Source of the DNA: a virus
Lineage: Duplodnaviria > Caudoviricetes
Virus record (IMG/VR): IMGVR_UViG_3300005077_000106
Coordinates: 1 to 37,312 of that record
Direction: 5' to 3' (one strand)
Length of the DNA: 37,312 nt
In this document: positions 1-8,015 of the stretch, piece by piece
How the letters are laid out: every line of letters begins with the position of its first letter
Position numbering within the stretch: position 1 is the stretch's first letter
The notes under the pieces: model-generated
What the model was told of the DNA's origin: nothing
Databases searched by the model: none
Seen by the model: the letters and a program-made list of their open reading frames with translations, nothing else
Translations under genes and position numbers: made by a program

Positions 1-98
1 TTCTTATAGGATTTTACGATAAAATCCCTTGTAGCGTGGTCTTTACGGAAGTATGCTATCTCCACACCATCGGAAAAGATGTAAGCATCAAGTCCCAT
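1..98 (-). CDS. Phage hypothetical protein, partial (runs off window)
   Basis: Not in ORF track. ATG at 98 preceded by GGAGGT; translates MGLDAYIFSDGVEIAYFRKDHATRDF... Confidence 0.65.
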   Translation of the reverse strand, partial: MGLDAYIFSDGVEIAYFRKDHATRDFIVKSYK

Positions 99-110
99 TG
101 TAACCTCCCG

Positions 111-832
111 TTAGTATGCGCACTCGCACGGTTTTCTGTGTTCTGGAAACAGTAAGCCTTGATTAGCACTCACTATTGCATCGAGGGGATTATTAGACGA
201 GGAGTGCCAGTATCCAACTTTAGGCCGGCCTTTTTCTATCTGTCTCTCTATAGATGCGTCCTCGAGCCGTTTTAACTTACAGAATAGCTCAGGGTGTATG
301 TCGCGCATCTCTCTGACCTGCCTCTGGGTCTGCATGGGACAAATGAACAGCCGGACTTCCTGGGGATAGGGAGACCGTGGGCGGAGATAATATCTATACA
401 CCCGTCCCGCGATATCCCGTGCTCGATGAGCGGATAACAGTTCTCGAGCCCAGCAGTCGTAGAAACCCTTTGGCGCTTTGCCTCTTCGGTTGCAATACCG
501 ATATCGACAAAACAGGGCTTCTCGAAGTATGTATGGAGGGGCTTTATCTTATGTAAGCTTGTACACCATCGTATTTGCATGATGGGGACCATCCTATATT
601 TGATGCAATGTTCATAGAGGTCGAGTTTGTCTGAAGTGTAATCCGCACTTCGCAATATAGTGACAGGAAAAATTTTTTTATTCACCATGTCAACATATTC
701 GTATGTCTCTGGGTATTCGCATCCAGTGTCGACAAAGACAACCTCGGAGTCGTACTCTTTCTTCTCGAGGAGCAGCAGGAGCATTGCTACGCTGTTTACC
801 CCTCCCCCGAAGCTAAGGTAGTGCTTGTCCAT
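111..832 (-). CDS. PAPS reductase-family protein, frameshifted near 346
   Basis: PP-loop-like SFGGGVNS, VFVDTGCEYPETY and RWCT..KIKP. ORF 272..832 ends RKSGC and ORF 111..401 continues FICPMQ; one extra T restores SGCFICP. Confidence 0.8.
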
Positions 833-834
833 AA

Positions 835-1140
835 TTAGCCCTTTCTGAGCTGCCTTATGATGCTGGTTATGGTCTTAATGTATGAGACGATGAGTATGTG
901 GGCACCATGAAATCGGACCTTTTTCCATGTGCGGGCGGCGTCGCACATCTCGAACAGCAGTAACAAGAGGTCTGCCTCGGTTTTCTTGCACGTGCCGCAC
1001 TGTTGCTTTTTTTTCTCTTTGGCTGCCTTCACGTTCCCAACTCCCTTAATTTCGCAGTCCCTGCATAGTTCGATCTTGTAGTGCATAGCCCCGTACGCAT
1101 GGAACGTCCTTCCGCAGTCTTTACACCGTAACAGCGTCAT
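835..1140 (-). CDS. Zinc-finger hypothetical protein
   Basis: Likely start MTLLRCKDCG at 1140 (ATGA overlap with upstream stop); three CxxC pairs. Confidence 0.65.
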   Translation of the reverse strand: MTLLRCKDCGRTFHAYGAMHYKIELCRDCEIKGVGNVKAAKEKKKQQCGTCKKTEADLLLLLFEMCDAARTWKKVRFHGAHILIVSYIKTITSIIRQLRKG

Positions 1141-1340
1141 TTCTTGGAACCACGCTCGGTGTATATGGTGATCATTGTGAAGGCGATGAAAGCAAGCGGC
1201 AGCACAGCAAACCACCACCAGGAGACAATATTCGACCAGTTCTCTATGGAGAAGAACCAGAGCTCAAATGTCTTCATCGACAGCCAGAACGTAGCCCCGA
1301 GCATTGCTGCAGACAGACTCTTCAAGATCTCAGGAAGCAT
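1137..1340 (-). CDS. Small membrane protein, two hydrophobic segments
   Basis: 67 aa, two hydrophobic stretches, packed between operon neighbours. Confidence 0.6.
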   Translation of the reverse strand: MLPEILKSLSAAMLGATFWLSMKTFELWFFSIENWSNIVSWWWFAVLPLAFIAFTMITIYTERGSKK

Positions 1341-1596
1341 CCTCTGGGCCCTCCTCCTTCATGGAATTGTCAAACATGGTTAGTACTGCGTCCTGGAGCG
1401 TCAACACCCAAGTCCTGCTGTCTCCTGGGTCGATGAACACAAAGAGACCGTCGCTGCACAGAGACTCCGGAAATGTCTCAAACGCTACGCTAGAGAGGTG
1501 ACAGGTGCATCGGTCTATGTCGTAGTCGTTCCGATAAAAGATGCATCGCTTACAGGCGATGTCGGAGAACGACTTTATTGGGACTGGTTTCTTCAT
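1330..1596 (-). CDS. Cys-rich hypothetical protein
   Basis: GGAGGT RBS; CKRC...C...CSDGLF; resembles 1660..1962. Confidence 0.7.
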   Translation of the reverse strand: MKKPVPIKSFSDIACKRCIFYRNDYDIDRCTCHLSSVAFETFPESLCSDGLFVFIDPGDSRTWVLTLQDAVLTMFDNSMKEEGPEDAS

Positions 1597-1659
1597 CGAT
1601 ACCTCCTGCAGCAGGCATGTAGTTTCCTGCCCACTGCTAAGTGCACAAGGCGGTGCTCC

Positions 1660-1962
1660 CTATTCGCAACTGCAGCGCTTTTCGTGTGCGCTGGACTCGA
1701 ATACCAACTCCTCGAGACACTTCTCGTTGTCGTCAAACGTCCATAATTCCACATCTCCGGTTATCTCTGACACTTTCTTCCACAGGCCCTCTCCGCAGGA
1801 CTGTATTCTGTTGGTGATAGGGAAGTATCCAACCGCTTCATCGTTCTCGTCGAAGAACAGTGTTGGGGCTTTAACCCGGCACATACCGTCTTCCTCCTCG
1901 GCATCGAAGGCCAAGAAGTAGATGCACGTCTCACAGATTCTGTCTTTCTCGTTGTAAGGCAT
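1660..1962 (-). CDS. Cys-rich hypothetical protein
   Basis: AAGGAG RBS; CETC...GMC...CGEGLW. Confidence 0.7.
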   Translation of the reverse strand: MPYNEKDRICETCIYFLAFDAEEEDGMCRVKAPTLFFDENDEAVGYFPITNRIQSCGEGLWKKVSEITGDVELWTFDDNEKCLEELVFESSAHEKRCSCE

Positions 1963-1971
1963 AGCTTCTCC

Positions 1972-2193
1972 TTATATGAATTCTCCCTCATCTGAGGGGG
2001 AGTACTGCACGTAGTCGGAAGTTGAGAGCTCCCTGCCGGCGGCGAATTTGTCTATCCTGCGGTTCAGATTGAAGATTGGCGTATTCACTGTCAGGTAGTC
2101 GTAATAGTAGTACTCTGTTTTTACCTCGCCCTGCATCTCGGACGTGATGCTCACGCGGTTCAGAGAGTCGTCAACGAAGATTGTAATTATCAA
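1972..2193 (-). CDS. Hypothetical protein
   Basis: TTG start with GGAG RBS; fills operon gap. Confidence 0.55.
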   Translation of the reverse strand: MIITIFVDDSLNRVSITSEMQGEVKTEYYYYDYLTVNTPIFNLNRRIDKFAAGRELSTSDYVQYSPSDEGEFI

Positions 2194-2305
2194 AATCGTC
2201 TCTCCCTGTATTGATGAGGTCTTTTTTGACGATTAAAACAGACAGCCAGACGCCACTAGCTACTCCGAGCAGGTAGGTCAGCGAATAACTAAGCAGCTCT
2301 GCCAT
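2171..2305 (-). CDS. 44-aa single-pass membrane protein
   Basis: Not in ORF track. GGGAGG RBS; MAELLSYSLTYLLGVASGVWLSVLIVKK... Confidence 0.55.
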   Translation of the reverse strand: MAELLSYSLTYLLGVASGVWLSVLIVKKDLINTGRDDFDNYNLR

Positions 2306-3209
2306 TCTGCCTCCCTATAAAACTGTGGTTATATTTGTTTACCAGGAGCGGGACCCCGTCCATCACGACCACGAACCCATTCTGCCATTCCGGGTGCAGG
2401 TTGGTGCGGAGGGCCTTGTATTGGGTTCTCAGCACGTCCCTGCAGTGCCCCGTCTCGATGGCATAGTGTATGCCGTTAGGGGCAAGACAGAATGACTGTC
2501 GGTGTGTGTGCCCGGCTATGACGTGCATGTTATTGGTGACGGCGAGTCCTCTCGGCACAGTGCACGGCTGAGACGAGTAGTTGTCAGGGTGGCATACTAA
2601 GAAGCGCTCCCCGGAAGACTCAAGCACACAGTACGCATACTCGCTGAATTTCACGTCCAGACCCTCGAGGAAATAGCCCAGGATTATATTTCCGTCAGTC
2701 TGCCTGGAGATACGCCTTTCGTGGTTGCCGGTTATGTAGATTACGTTGTCGAAGATCTTGATGAAAACCTTTAGCGACTCGATAGCAGGAGCGAGCTCGT
2801 TAGCGAAGTTATAGACTGTGCCGGTCGACTTCTTCCATGTCGAGAAGCTGTCGAGTGCTACGAAATCCCCTGCGATAATAAGGGTCCGGATCTTCTCTCG
2901 TTCTGCCACGTCGGCGGCTAGCTCAAACGTGTCGGCATCGTGGTCCGGGATCTCTGCGTCGCCCAGGATTAGTGCAGAACTTGCTCTGATGTACTCGAAG
3001 TCGTCGTATCTTCTAGTAGCGCTGCGAGGAAAGCGACGGACTCCATTATTACCGGGTCCTTTATTATTGAGGCTAGCGCTAGTGCTGCTAGAAATGCTGG
3101 ACATCTTTTGCAGTACTCGTTCACCTGGTCCAGTGAGCTTATAGTCGTTCCCGACACTTGAGGCCTCCTTTTCTGATATAATCTGGGCGAGCCTGTGCAT
3201 AAAACTCAT
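2289..3209 (-). CDS. Calcineurin-like metallophosphoesterase
   Basis: Motifs GDAE, AGDF, GNHE, CHP, GHTH. Start at 3209 by TGATG coupling. Confidence 0.85.
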   Translation of the reverse strand: MSFMHRLAQIISEKEASSVGNDYKLTGPGERVLQKMSSISSSTSASLNNKGPGNNGVRRFPRSATRRYDDFEYIRASSALILGDAEIPDHDADTFELAADVAEREKIRTLIIAGDFVALDSFSTWKKSTGTVYNFANELAPAIESLKVFIKIFDNVIYITGNHERRISRQTDGNIILGYFLEGLDVKFSEYAYCVLESSGERFLVCHPDNYSSQPCTVPRGLAVTNNMHVIAGHTHRQSFCLAPNGIHYAIETGHCRDVLRTQYKALRTNLHPEWQNGFVVVMDGVPLLVNKYNHSFIGRQNGRAA

Positions 3210-3787
3210 CAGTATCCCCTTTCTGTGCCCTGCGTCGTAAGCTTGCTCCCGCTCCATATGCCCTTGTATGCGTCTGTGGATCCGCCAGACATCTCATAGA
3301 ACATTACCGTCGCGAACCGAGCACCATGCTGTAGTTTTACCCCCATGTGTCCGCACACATAAAGCCCCACTCGCAGCTGCCCTGAGAATCCAGGCGCTAT
3401 TCTAGTACCACAAATAATACACTCGGCATTAAAAAACGATGACCTTGGCAATACAATGCCGCCGATGGTCTCTGGCAATGAAATTGTCTCTGCGGACTGT
3501 AGAAGGTAATATGCAGGGTACAGGTGGTATATGTCAGAGTCAACAAAGCAGTCCCTTACGGACTTGAACTCCGGGAGTGATCGCTCTTCCCTGCCCACAT
3601 ATGGCACCATGCCGGTGACGTATCTCGAATAGACGTCGCTGATCGTTATGTCAAACCCAGACCCCTCTATGAAAGACATTCTCTCACTGAGCCAGGATGC
3701 ATTCTCGGCATCGTTGGCGATGTCTGTTCTGGAGATCATATTGCTTACAGCGACCGCAGCACGGATCTCGTCTGCGCTAAGAAACAT
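3209..3787 (-). CDS. dCTP deaminase/trimeric dUTPase-fold protein with divergent active site
   Basis: GFDITI, PRSS, IAPGFSG, GARFATVMF and Y.G.W motifs. Confidence 0.8.
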   Translation of the reverse strand: MFLSADEIRAAVAVSNMISRTDIANDAENASWLSERMSFIEGSGFDITISDVYSRYVTGMVPYVGREERSLPEFKSVRDCFVDSDIYHLYPAYYLLQSAETISLPETIGGIVLPRSSFFNAECIICGTRIAPGFSGQLRVGLYVCGHMGVKLQHGARFATVMFYEMSGGSTDAYKGIWSGSKLTTQGTERGY

Positions 3788-4082
3788 GTGACCTCCATGT
3801 AATTAGTGATGTGGTAGCTGCCCCACATTTCTTGCACTGGAAATGCGTAGGGCCGTCTTCTGAGTATGTAATATGGGGAAGTCCTGCAGTCCCGCACTCT
3901 TCGCACTTAAAGTTGACCTGCACCAGGAACTCGTCGCATTCGCATCTTTTGCAAAGCAGGGGCAGGTCTGTTCCAAAATCTTCAGTATTGAGGACCGTGA
4001 AGTCGGATATAGCTCCGGTATACCCGCAGTCACAGCAGACAAGCCTCGCCACGAGTATTTTTAGCGGTCTTGTTTTGTCCAT
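3777..4082 (-). CDS. Double zinc-ribbon protein
   Basis: Four CxxC pairs in 101 aa. Confidence 0.65.
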   Translation of the reverse strand: MDKTRPLKILVARLVCCDCGYTGAISDFTVLNTEDFGTDLPLLCKRCECDEFLVQVNFKCEECGTAGLPHITYSEDGPTHFQCKKCGAATTSLITWRSHVS

Positions 4083-4387
4083 ATCTTCTTTATCCCCTTC
4101 TGAGGAGTTGTCGTAATTACCTTAACCGGGAGTCTAGATTGTATTGCCGCAACACGGTCTGACAGGTGATAAAGCTGCCCCCTAACCATGATTAACTCCT
4201 CTTGCAGCTTGTTTGCCCTGTTGGTCTCCATGATGAGCCAATCCATTACTTCTGTATGCTGCGTATCGCACTTCGCACTCAGGGCAGCGCATTGGTGTTT
4301 TGCTGTGTCTGCAAACAAGTAGTAGAGCGCCGCAAATGATATCGCTGCGAAGGCAACCGCGGTGATTAACACACTAGCTCGTTTCAT
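4061..4387 (-). CDS. N-terminally anchored coiled-coil membrane protein
   Basis: Hydrophobic N-terminus followed by a heptad-like region. Confidence 0.6.
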   Translation of the reverse strand: MKRASVLITAVAFAAISFAALYYLFADTAKHQCAALSAKCDTQHTEVMDWLIMETNRANKLQEELIMVRGQLYHLSDRVAAIQSRLPVKVITTTPQKGIKKIWTKQDR

Positions 4388-4396
4388 TGTCGCCCC

Positions 4397-4528
4397 TTAG
4401 AATAGTACCACGAGCCCTACCCAGAGCCATCCAAACTCGGGATAAAACACGAGGGACTCGACGCCGAGGGTTAAAAGCGTGTCTCCTAAACTTCCTAGAA
4501 ATAAAAGCCCGTCAGGTTGTATAAACAT
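4397..4528 (-). CDS. 43-aa hydrophobic peptide
   Basis: Not in ORF track. MFIQPDGLLFLGSLGDTLLTLGVESLVFYPEFGWLWVGLVVLF; fills gap, weak RBS. Confidence 0.4.
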   Translation of the reverse strand: MFIQPDGLLFLGSLGDTLLTLGVESLVFYPEFGWLWVGLVVLF

Positions 4529-4550
4529 GGATCACTCTTTTGGTGAGAAT

Positions 4551-4578
4551 GTGGGCCAGGCTTTGAGACCTAGCCCAC
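4551..4578. other. Stem-loop downstream of the Gln-rich gene
   Basis: GTGGGCCAGG-loop-CCTAGCCCAC; no strong U tract. Confidence 0.45.
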
Positions 4579-4588
4579 GGTTAAAGAC

Positions 4589-4921
4589 TTACTGCTTTTG
4601 CAGGTTTTGCATCTGTTGCTGGAATGATTGTTGGAGGGCCTGCACCTGCTGCTGGAAGGACTGTGCAGCCTGTTGCGCGGCCTGTGGGTTACTCTGATTC
4701 TGTAGCTGTTGCATTCGGAAATTGTGCTGCAGCTCCTGCAAGCGCCGGTTGTAATCGTACTGGGCCTGCATGATCTGCTGTTGACGCATCTGCGCCTGTT
4801 GCTGGGAATGATTCATCTGCGCCTGCCCTGCCATAGGCATTGGGTTTGGACCGCAGGTGCTCTGGGCCTGCGCAAACGCCGAGGTTGTTAAAATGATTAA
4901 AAAAGTTACGAAGTTTCTCAA
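4589..4921 (-). CDS. Secreted glutamine-rich protein
   Basis: TTG start with AGGAG RBS; signal peptide MRNFVTFLIILTTSAFAQA; Gln-rich mature region. Confidence 0.7.
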   Translation of the reverse strand: MRNFVTFLIILTTSAFAQAQSTCGPNPMPMAGQAQMNHSQQQAQMRQQQIMQAQYDYNRRLQELQHNFRMQQLQNQSNPQAAQQAAQSFQQQVQALQQSFQQQMQNLQKQ

Positions 4922-5069
4922 TTCGATCTCCTGTATATGAATTAGCGATCCATACCCTTTCCCCTGCTGAAATACCTCCTTTCATGTGAATTGCGAAGGG
5001 CACTGCGCGCCCTAGGGCGACGTATCCCCCACTCCTTGGTGTGTAGGGGTGGGGGGCGTCGACGAAGAT

Positions 5070-5098
5070 ATACTACACTACTTTTTAGCGATTGTCAA
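5070..5098 (-). promoter_or_regulatory. Sigma70-type promoter
   Basis: TTGACA (5098-5093), N17, TAGTAT (5075-5070). Confidence 0.7.
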
Positions 5099-5404
5099 GC
5101 GGTTCTTGTCCGTCCGCCTTCTTTGGTGACAGCCGAGCCTAGCTGGTGTTTGTGCCGCCTCCAGGATGTTGCCTACTTCACTGACCATGCGCCTAGCTCT
5201 TTTGGTCCAGGCGATTGCTATTCCCATGTCCCGCTCTGTATCCAGAGTAAGGCACATAAGTTCCATCCCGCTTATACCTATCTTTGTCTCTTCAAGCCAC
5301 TCATTAAGTGCCACAGAAAGGATGCACCGCCCAGCCTTCTCCACTTCTTCGGCTGTAATCGTCCCCCCACGAGACAAAACAAAGTCTGCAACCTCGTTTT
5401 CCAT
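5078..5404 (-). CDS. Hypothetical protein
   Basis: AGGAGG RBS, ATG start, 108 aa. Confidence 0.65.
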   Translation of the reverse strand: MENEVADFVLSRGGTITAEEVEKAGRCILSVALNEWLEETKIGISGMELMCLTLDTERDMGIAIAWTKRARRMVSEVGNILEAAQTPARLGCHQRRRTDKNRLTIAKK

Positions 5405-5444
5405 ACGTACCTCCTATATAGATGTGTCTTGATTTGCTAAGTGC

Positions 5445-5473
5445 ACTATGCTACGCACATCTACATAAGTCAA
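5445..5473 (-). promoter_or_regulatory. Possible sigma70-type promoter
   Basis: TTGACT, N17, CATAGT in an intergenic gap. Confidence 0.45.
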
Positions 5474-5481
5474 GCTAAAAA

Positions 5482-5835
5482 TCAGTCTTCGTCGTACGGG
5501 ACACCATACTGCTTTCTAAGTGATCTCAAGAACTTCAAGAATGCGATTTCAGCTACCCTGAAATCTTTTTTTACTTTCTCGTCCTCGGTAGACTCGGCCA
5601 TCTCCCCCAGCTTGGACAGCCCCTCGTGCATTGCATCCAGCATCTCTTTTACATTTGTCTCTTCCATGTAACACCTCATTTCAAATGATGGGCAATCCTG
5701 ATTGCCGTGGACGAAAGTCTGCCACTTGTAGCACCATCCCCATTCCCTATATCCGAGCATATAGTCGCAGTTGCCGCATACAGGAGATAGGCTTGTGCGG
5801 GGGTGACTGGGGTCTTCTATGCTACGCTCTATCAT
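5482..5835 (-). CDS. Cys-rich N-domain plus helical C-domain; possible internal start at 5667
   Basis: CGNC...WC...CPSF; GAGGTG RBS precedes the internal MEETNV. Confidence 0.6.
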   Translation of the reverse strand: MIERSIEDPSHPRTSLSPVCGNCDYMLGYREWGWCYKWQTFVHGNQDCPSFEMRCYMEETNVKEMLDAMHEGLSKLGEMAESTEDEKVKKDFRVAEIAFLKFLRSLRKQYGVPYDED

Positions 5836-7673
5836 AACTCACACCGGCCTGCGGCACATGCCAGCTCTTTTGCTCCCTCTGTCATGTCGGTTGACTCGTA
5901 GTCAGACAACCTGCTGAAGTCAAGCTGTGGAAAGCTGTCAGCGAGCCTGTTGTATTCATCTTCTGAGATCTCTTCGTATGGAAGCCACTCGTAGGTGTGC
6001 TCGTTCTCGTCGGTTGGGAAGAATGACACGCCCCTTATTTTGTCAAACCGGTCGTATACCCACGTTGCTACTTTGAGCCACTCGTCACGCCCAACATATA
6101 TCGTGCAGCTAGCGTTGTGTTCGCACCAGTTTTCCGTAACGCGCTGATACCACTCGAGCTGCTCGATAGCGGTCATGTCCTTCCTGGTGACACAGCCCTC
6201 AGGAGATGCTATGGGGAACTCTAGCACCGCTGTGCTAGGGCCTTTGTCTAGGCGCGGTACCCCCTGGTCCACCATCGCCCGGAAGAGTGGGTCCGCCTTT
6301 GAGATCATCACCCTGCGCATGTAGTGTTGTGCCCACCGCGGGTGCACACCTGGCGATGAGTTGACAAGCTGAGAGACAGTCCCAGATGGTTTGGTGGTTG
6401 TGCATGCGGCCGGCATGTTAATGCCGAGGATCTTGGCGGCCTTCCTAGCCACATTAAGCACATGGGCCTTTGAGTATTTGAGCACCTCAGGGGTTAGTAG
6501 CGACGGATTGTCTTGTTGTCCTGTTAGCGACACCCCTATTAACCGCTCCTCTTCCGCATTCTCCTTCCATGCTGATGGTATGTAAGGGAAGAGCGTAAAC
6601 ATGCTCTGTATGACTCCGAGCCATGTAGCGGTAGTTATCTTATCCCTCAGCGACTCGAAATCGTCAGTACTCCTTACGACAACCTCTGTGACGTTGCAAA
6701 GCCCACGGTTTCGGAGATTTACCTCCCCGCACGGGTTTACGCCGTCGATAAGTTTGCTTTTGCGTCTATGTGGTGAGCTTTTTCTGGACGCCCAGATATT
6801 CGCAATACCGCGCTCGCCCTGCCCGCTTTTCGCGAGGCTAACCCACTCGTCCAGGAAATCGAGAATATCCGGCATCTCGTGGTAGGCGGCACTGTTGTTT
6901 GCGCCATTCAGGCGCTCGTGGTACGGCGGGACCTTGATCCTTCTCATGCTCGTGTCGGTGAGGTCTGACATAGAGAGCAGTGCGCTTCTCCTCGTCCCTC
7001 CGACTACCACAACAGATGCGACTTCGCACAGGAGGTTGTGGCACTCAGAAGAGGTTAGTTGCCTCCCCTGAGCAGCCAGGAATACCTCCCTGAAGTATGC
7101 TAACAACTGCCGGAGCACCTCCGGGCCACTAGACCGTCCCCCCATAGTCTTTAGCGGAGCGCCCATAGGCCGCAGAGCGGAGAAGTCGAAATAAACAGAC
7201 CTGCCGTCGTAGAAGCAGTTTACGGCGAGGTCGAGTGCTTCCTTCCATCCGATCCGGCTGTCAGGGATGCGGAACCTTACGACTGGAAGGTTCCTGTTGT
7301 ATTTCACGGTCGGGAGCTTCGATATGAAGCGTTGCTCGACGCTGAAGCCGACACCAGCCCCGCACATTAAAAGGTAGAGGGCCTCTCCGAATGAGCCTGG
7401 CGAATCAACCCCCAAGAAGCTGCAGTTGTACATAACCTCGTTCGAGCCTTCCGCGGCAACTCCTGCAGTCCAGAGAGCACGCATTGATGGCATTACCTCG
7501 AGGTTTAAGATCTTTTCCCTGGACTTAACCCTCACCTTTTCCGGTATCATGGGGTTCTGGAAGGCAAAGTTGCAGTACCTGTCCACGGTCTCGGGCCAAA
7601 TCTCTCGCCGGCCCTCTTCCCATAAATACCTCGAATAGGTTCTTAGGTAGATAAATTCCTGATATGGCGTCAT
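5832..7673 (-). CDS. nrdJ: Class II (adenosylcobalamin-dependent) ribonucleotide reductase, monomeric type
   Basis: RTYSR, YNCSF, GGTRRSA, NPCGE, GLCNVTEV, KPSGT and C-terminal CAAGRC. No NrdB small subunit nearby. Confidence 0.92.
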   Translation of the reverse strand: MTPYQEFIYLRTYSRYLWEEGRREIWPETVDRYCNFAFQNPMIPEKVRVKSREKILNLEVMPSMRALWTAGVAAEGSNEVMYNCSFLGVDSPGSFGEALYLLMCGAGVGFSVEQRFISKLPTVKYNRNLPVVRFRIPDSRIGWKEALDLAVNCFYDGRSVYFDFSALRPMGAPLKTMGGRSSGPEVLRQLLAYFREVFLAAQGRQLTSSECHNLLCEVASVVVVGGTRRSALLSMSDLTDTSMRRIKVPPYHERLNGANNSAAYHEMPDILDFLDEWVSLAKSGQGERGIANIWASRKSSPHRRKSKLIDGVNPCGEVNLRNRGLCNVTEVVVRSTDDFESLRDKITTATWLGVIQSMFTLFPYIPSAWKENAEEERLIGVSLTGQQDNPSLLTPEVLKYSKAHVLNVARKAAKILGINMPAACTTTKPSGTVSQLVNSSPGVHPRWAQHYMRRVMISKADPLFRAMVDQGVPRLDKGPSTAVLEFPIASPEGCVTRKDMTAIEQLEWYQRVTENWCEHNASCTIYVGRDEWLKVATWVYDRFDKIRGVSFFPTDENEHTYEWLPYEEISEDEYNRLADSFPQLDFSRLSDYESTDMTEGAKELACAAGRCEL

Positions 7674-7704
7674 TCAACTCCTCCTTCCCCTAAGAAAGGG
7701 GACT

Positions 7705-7714
7705 ATTATAACAT
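7705..7714 (-). promoter_or_regulatory. Extended -10 promoter upstream of nrdJ
   Basis: ATGTTATAAT on the minus strand, just upstream of the GGAG RBS. Confidence 0.55.
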
Positions 7715-7716
7715 AA

Positions 7717-7995
7717 CTATTGTTTAGTGCAAGTTGCATTTCGCAGTTCGCGCTGTTCCTGTATCACGTATGGGCAGGCGGGGAGCCTGTCCACCGGCTG
7801 AGGGTATTTGGGCCAGTAATTGCAGATCATTTTCCTGCCAGATAGAGACACAAAGGTGCAATACATGCAGGCATTCCGCGTGATATCTATCTTATCCGGG
7901 CACACCTTCAGCACATTTGCATTTCTATACACATTTCCGAGGTTGCACCATGTGTTTATATAGTGTTTACAAGACGAACACTCGGTTGGGTTCAT
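7717..7995 (-). CDS. Cys-rich protein with two tandem CxxC..C..C units
   Basis: Likely start MNPTEC at 7995 (AGAGGG RBS); eight motif cysteines. Confidence 0.6.
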   Translation of the reverse strand: MNPTECSSCKHYINTWCNLGNVYRNANVLKVCPDKIDITRNACMYCTFVSLSGRKMICNYWPKYPQPVDRLPACPYVIQEQRELRNATCTKQ

Positions 7996-8015
7996 TCGGG
8001 TTCCCTCTGTTATGT

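Noticed and set aside
4061-4387. Inner-membrane spanin
   Set aside because: Topology fits, but no o-spanin or endolysin is adjacent and it lies in the early/middle block.
5832-7673. Intein or intron in nrdJ
   Set aside because: Compact 613-aa ORF with contiguous motifs and no splice-junction signature seen.
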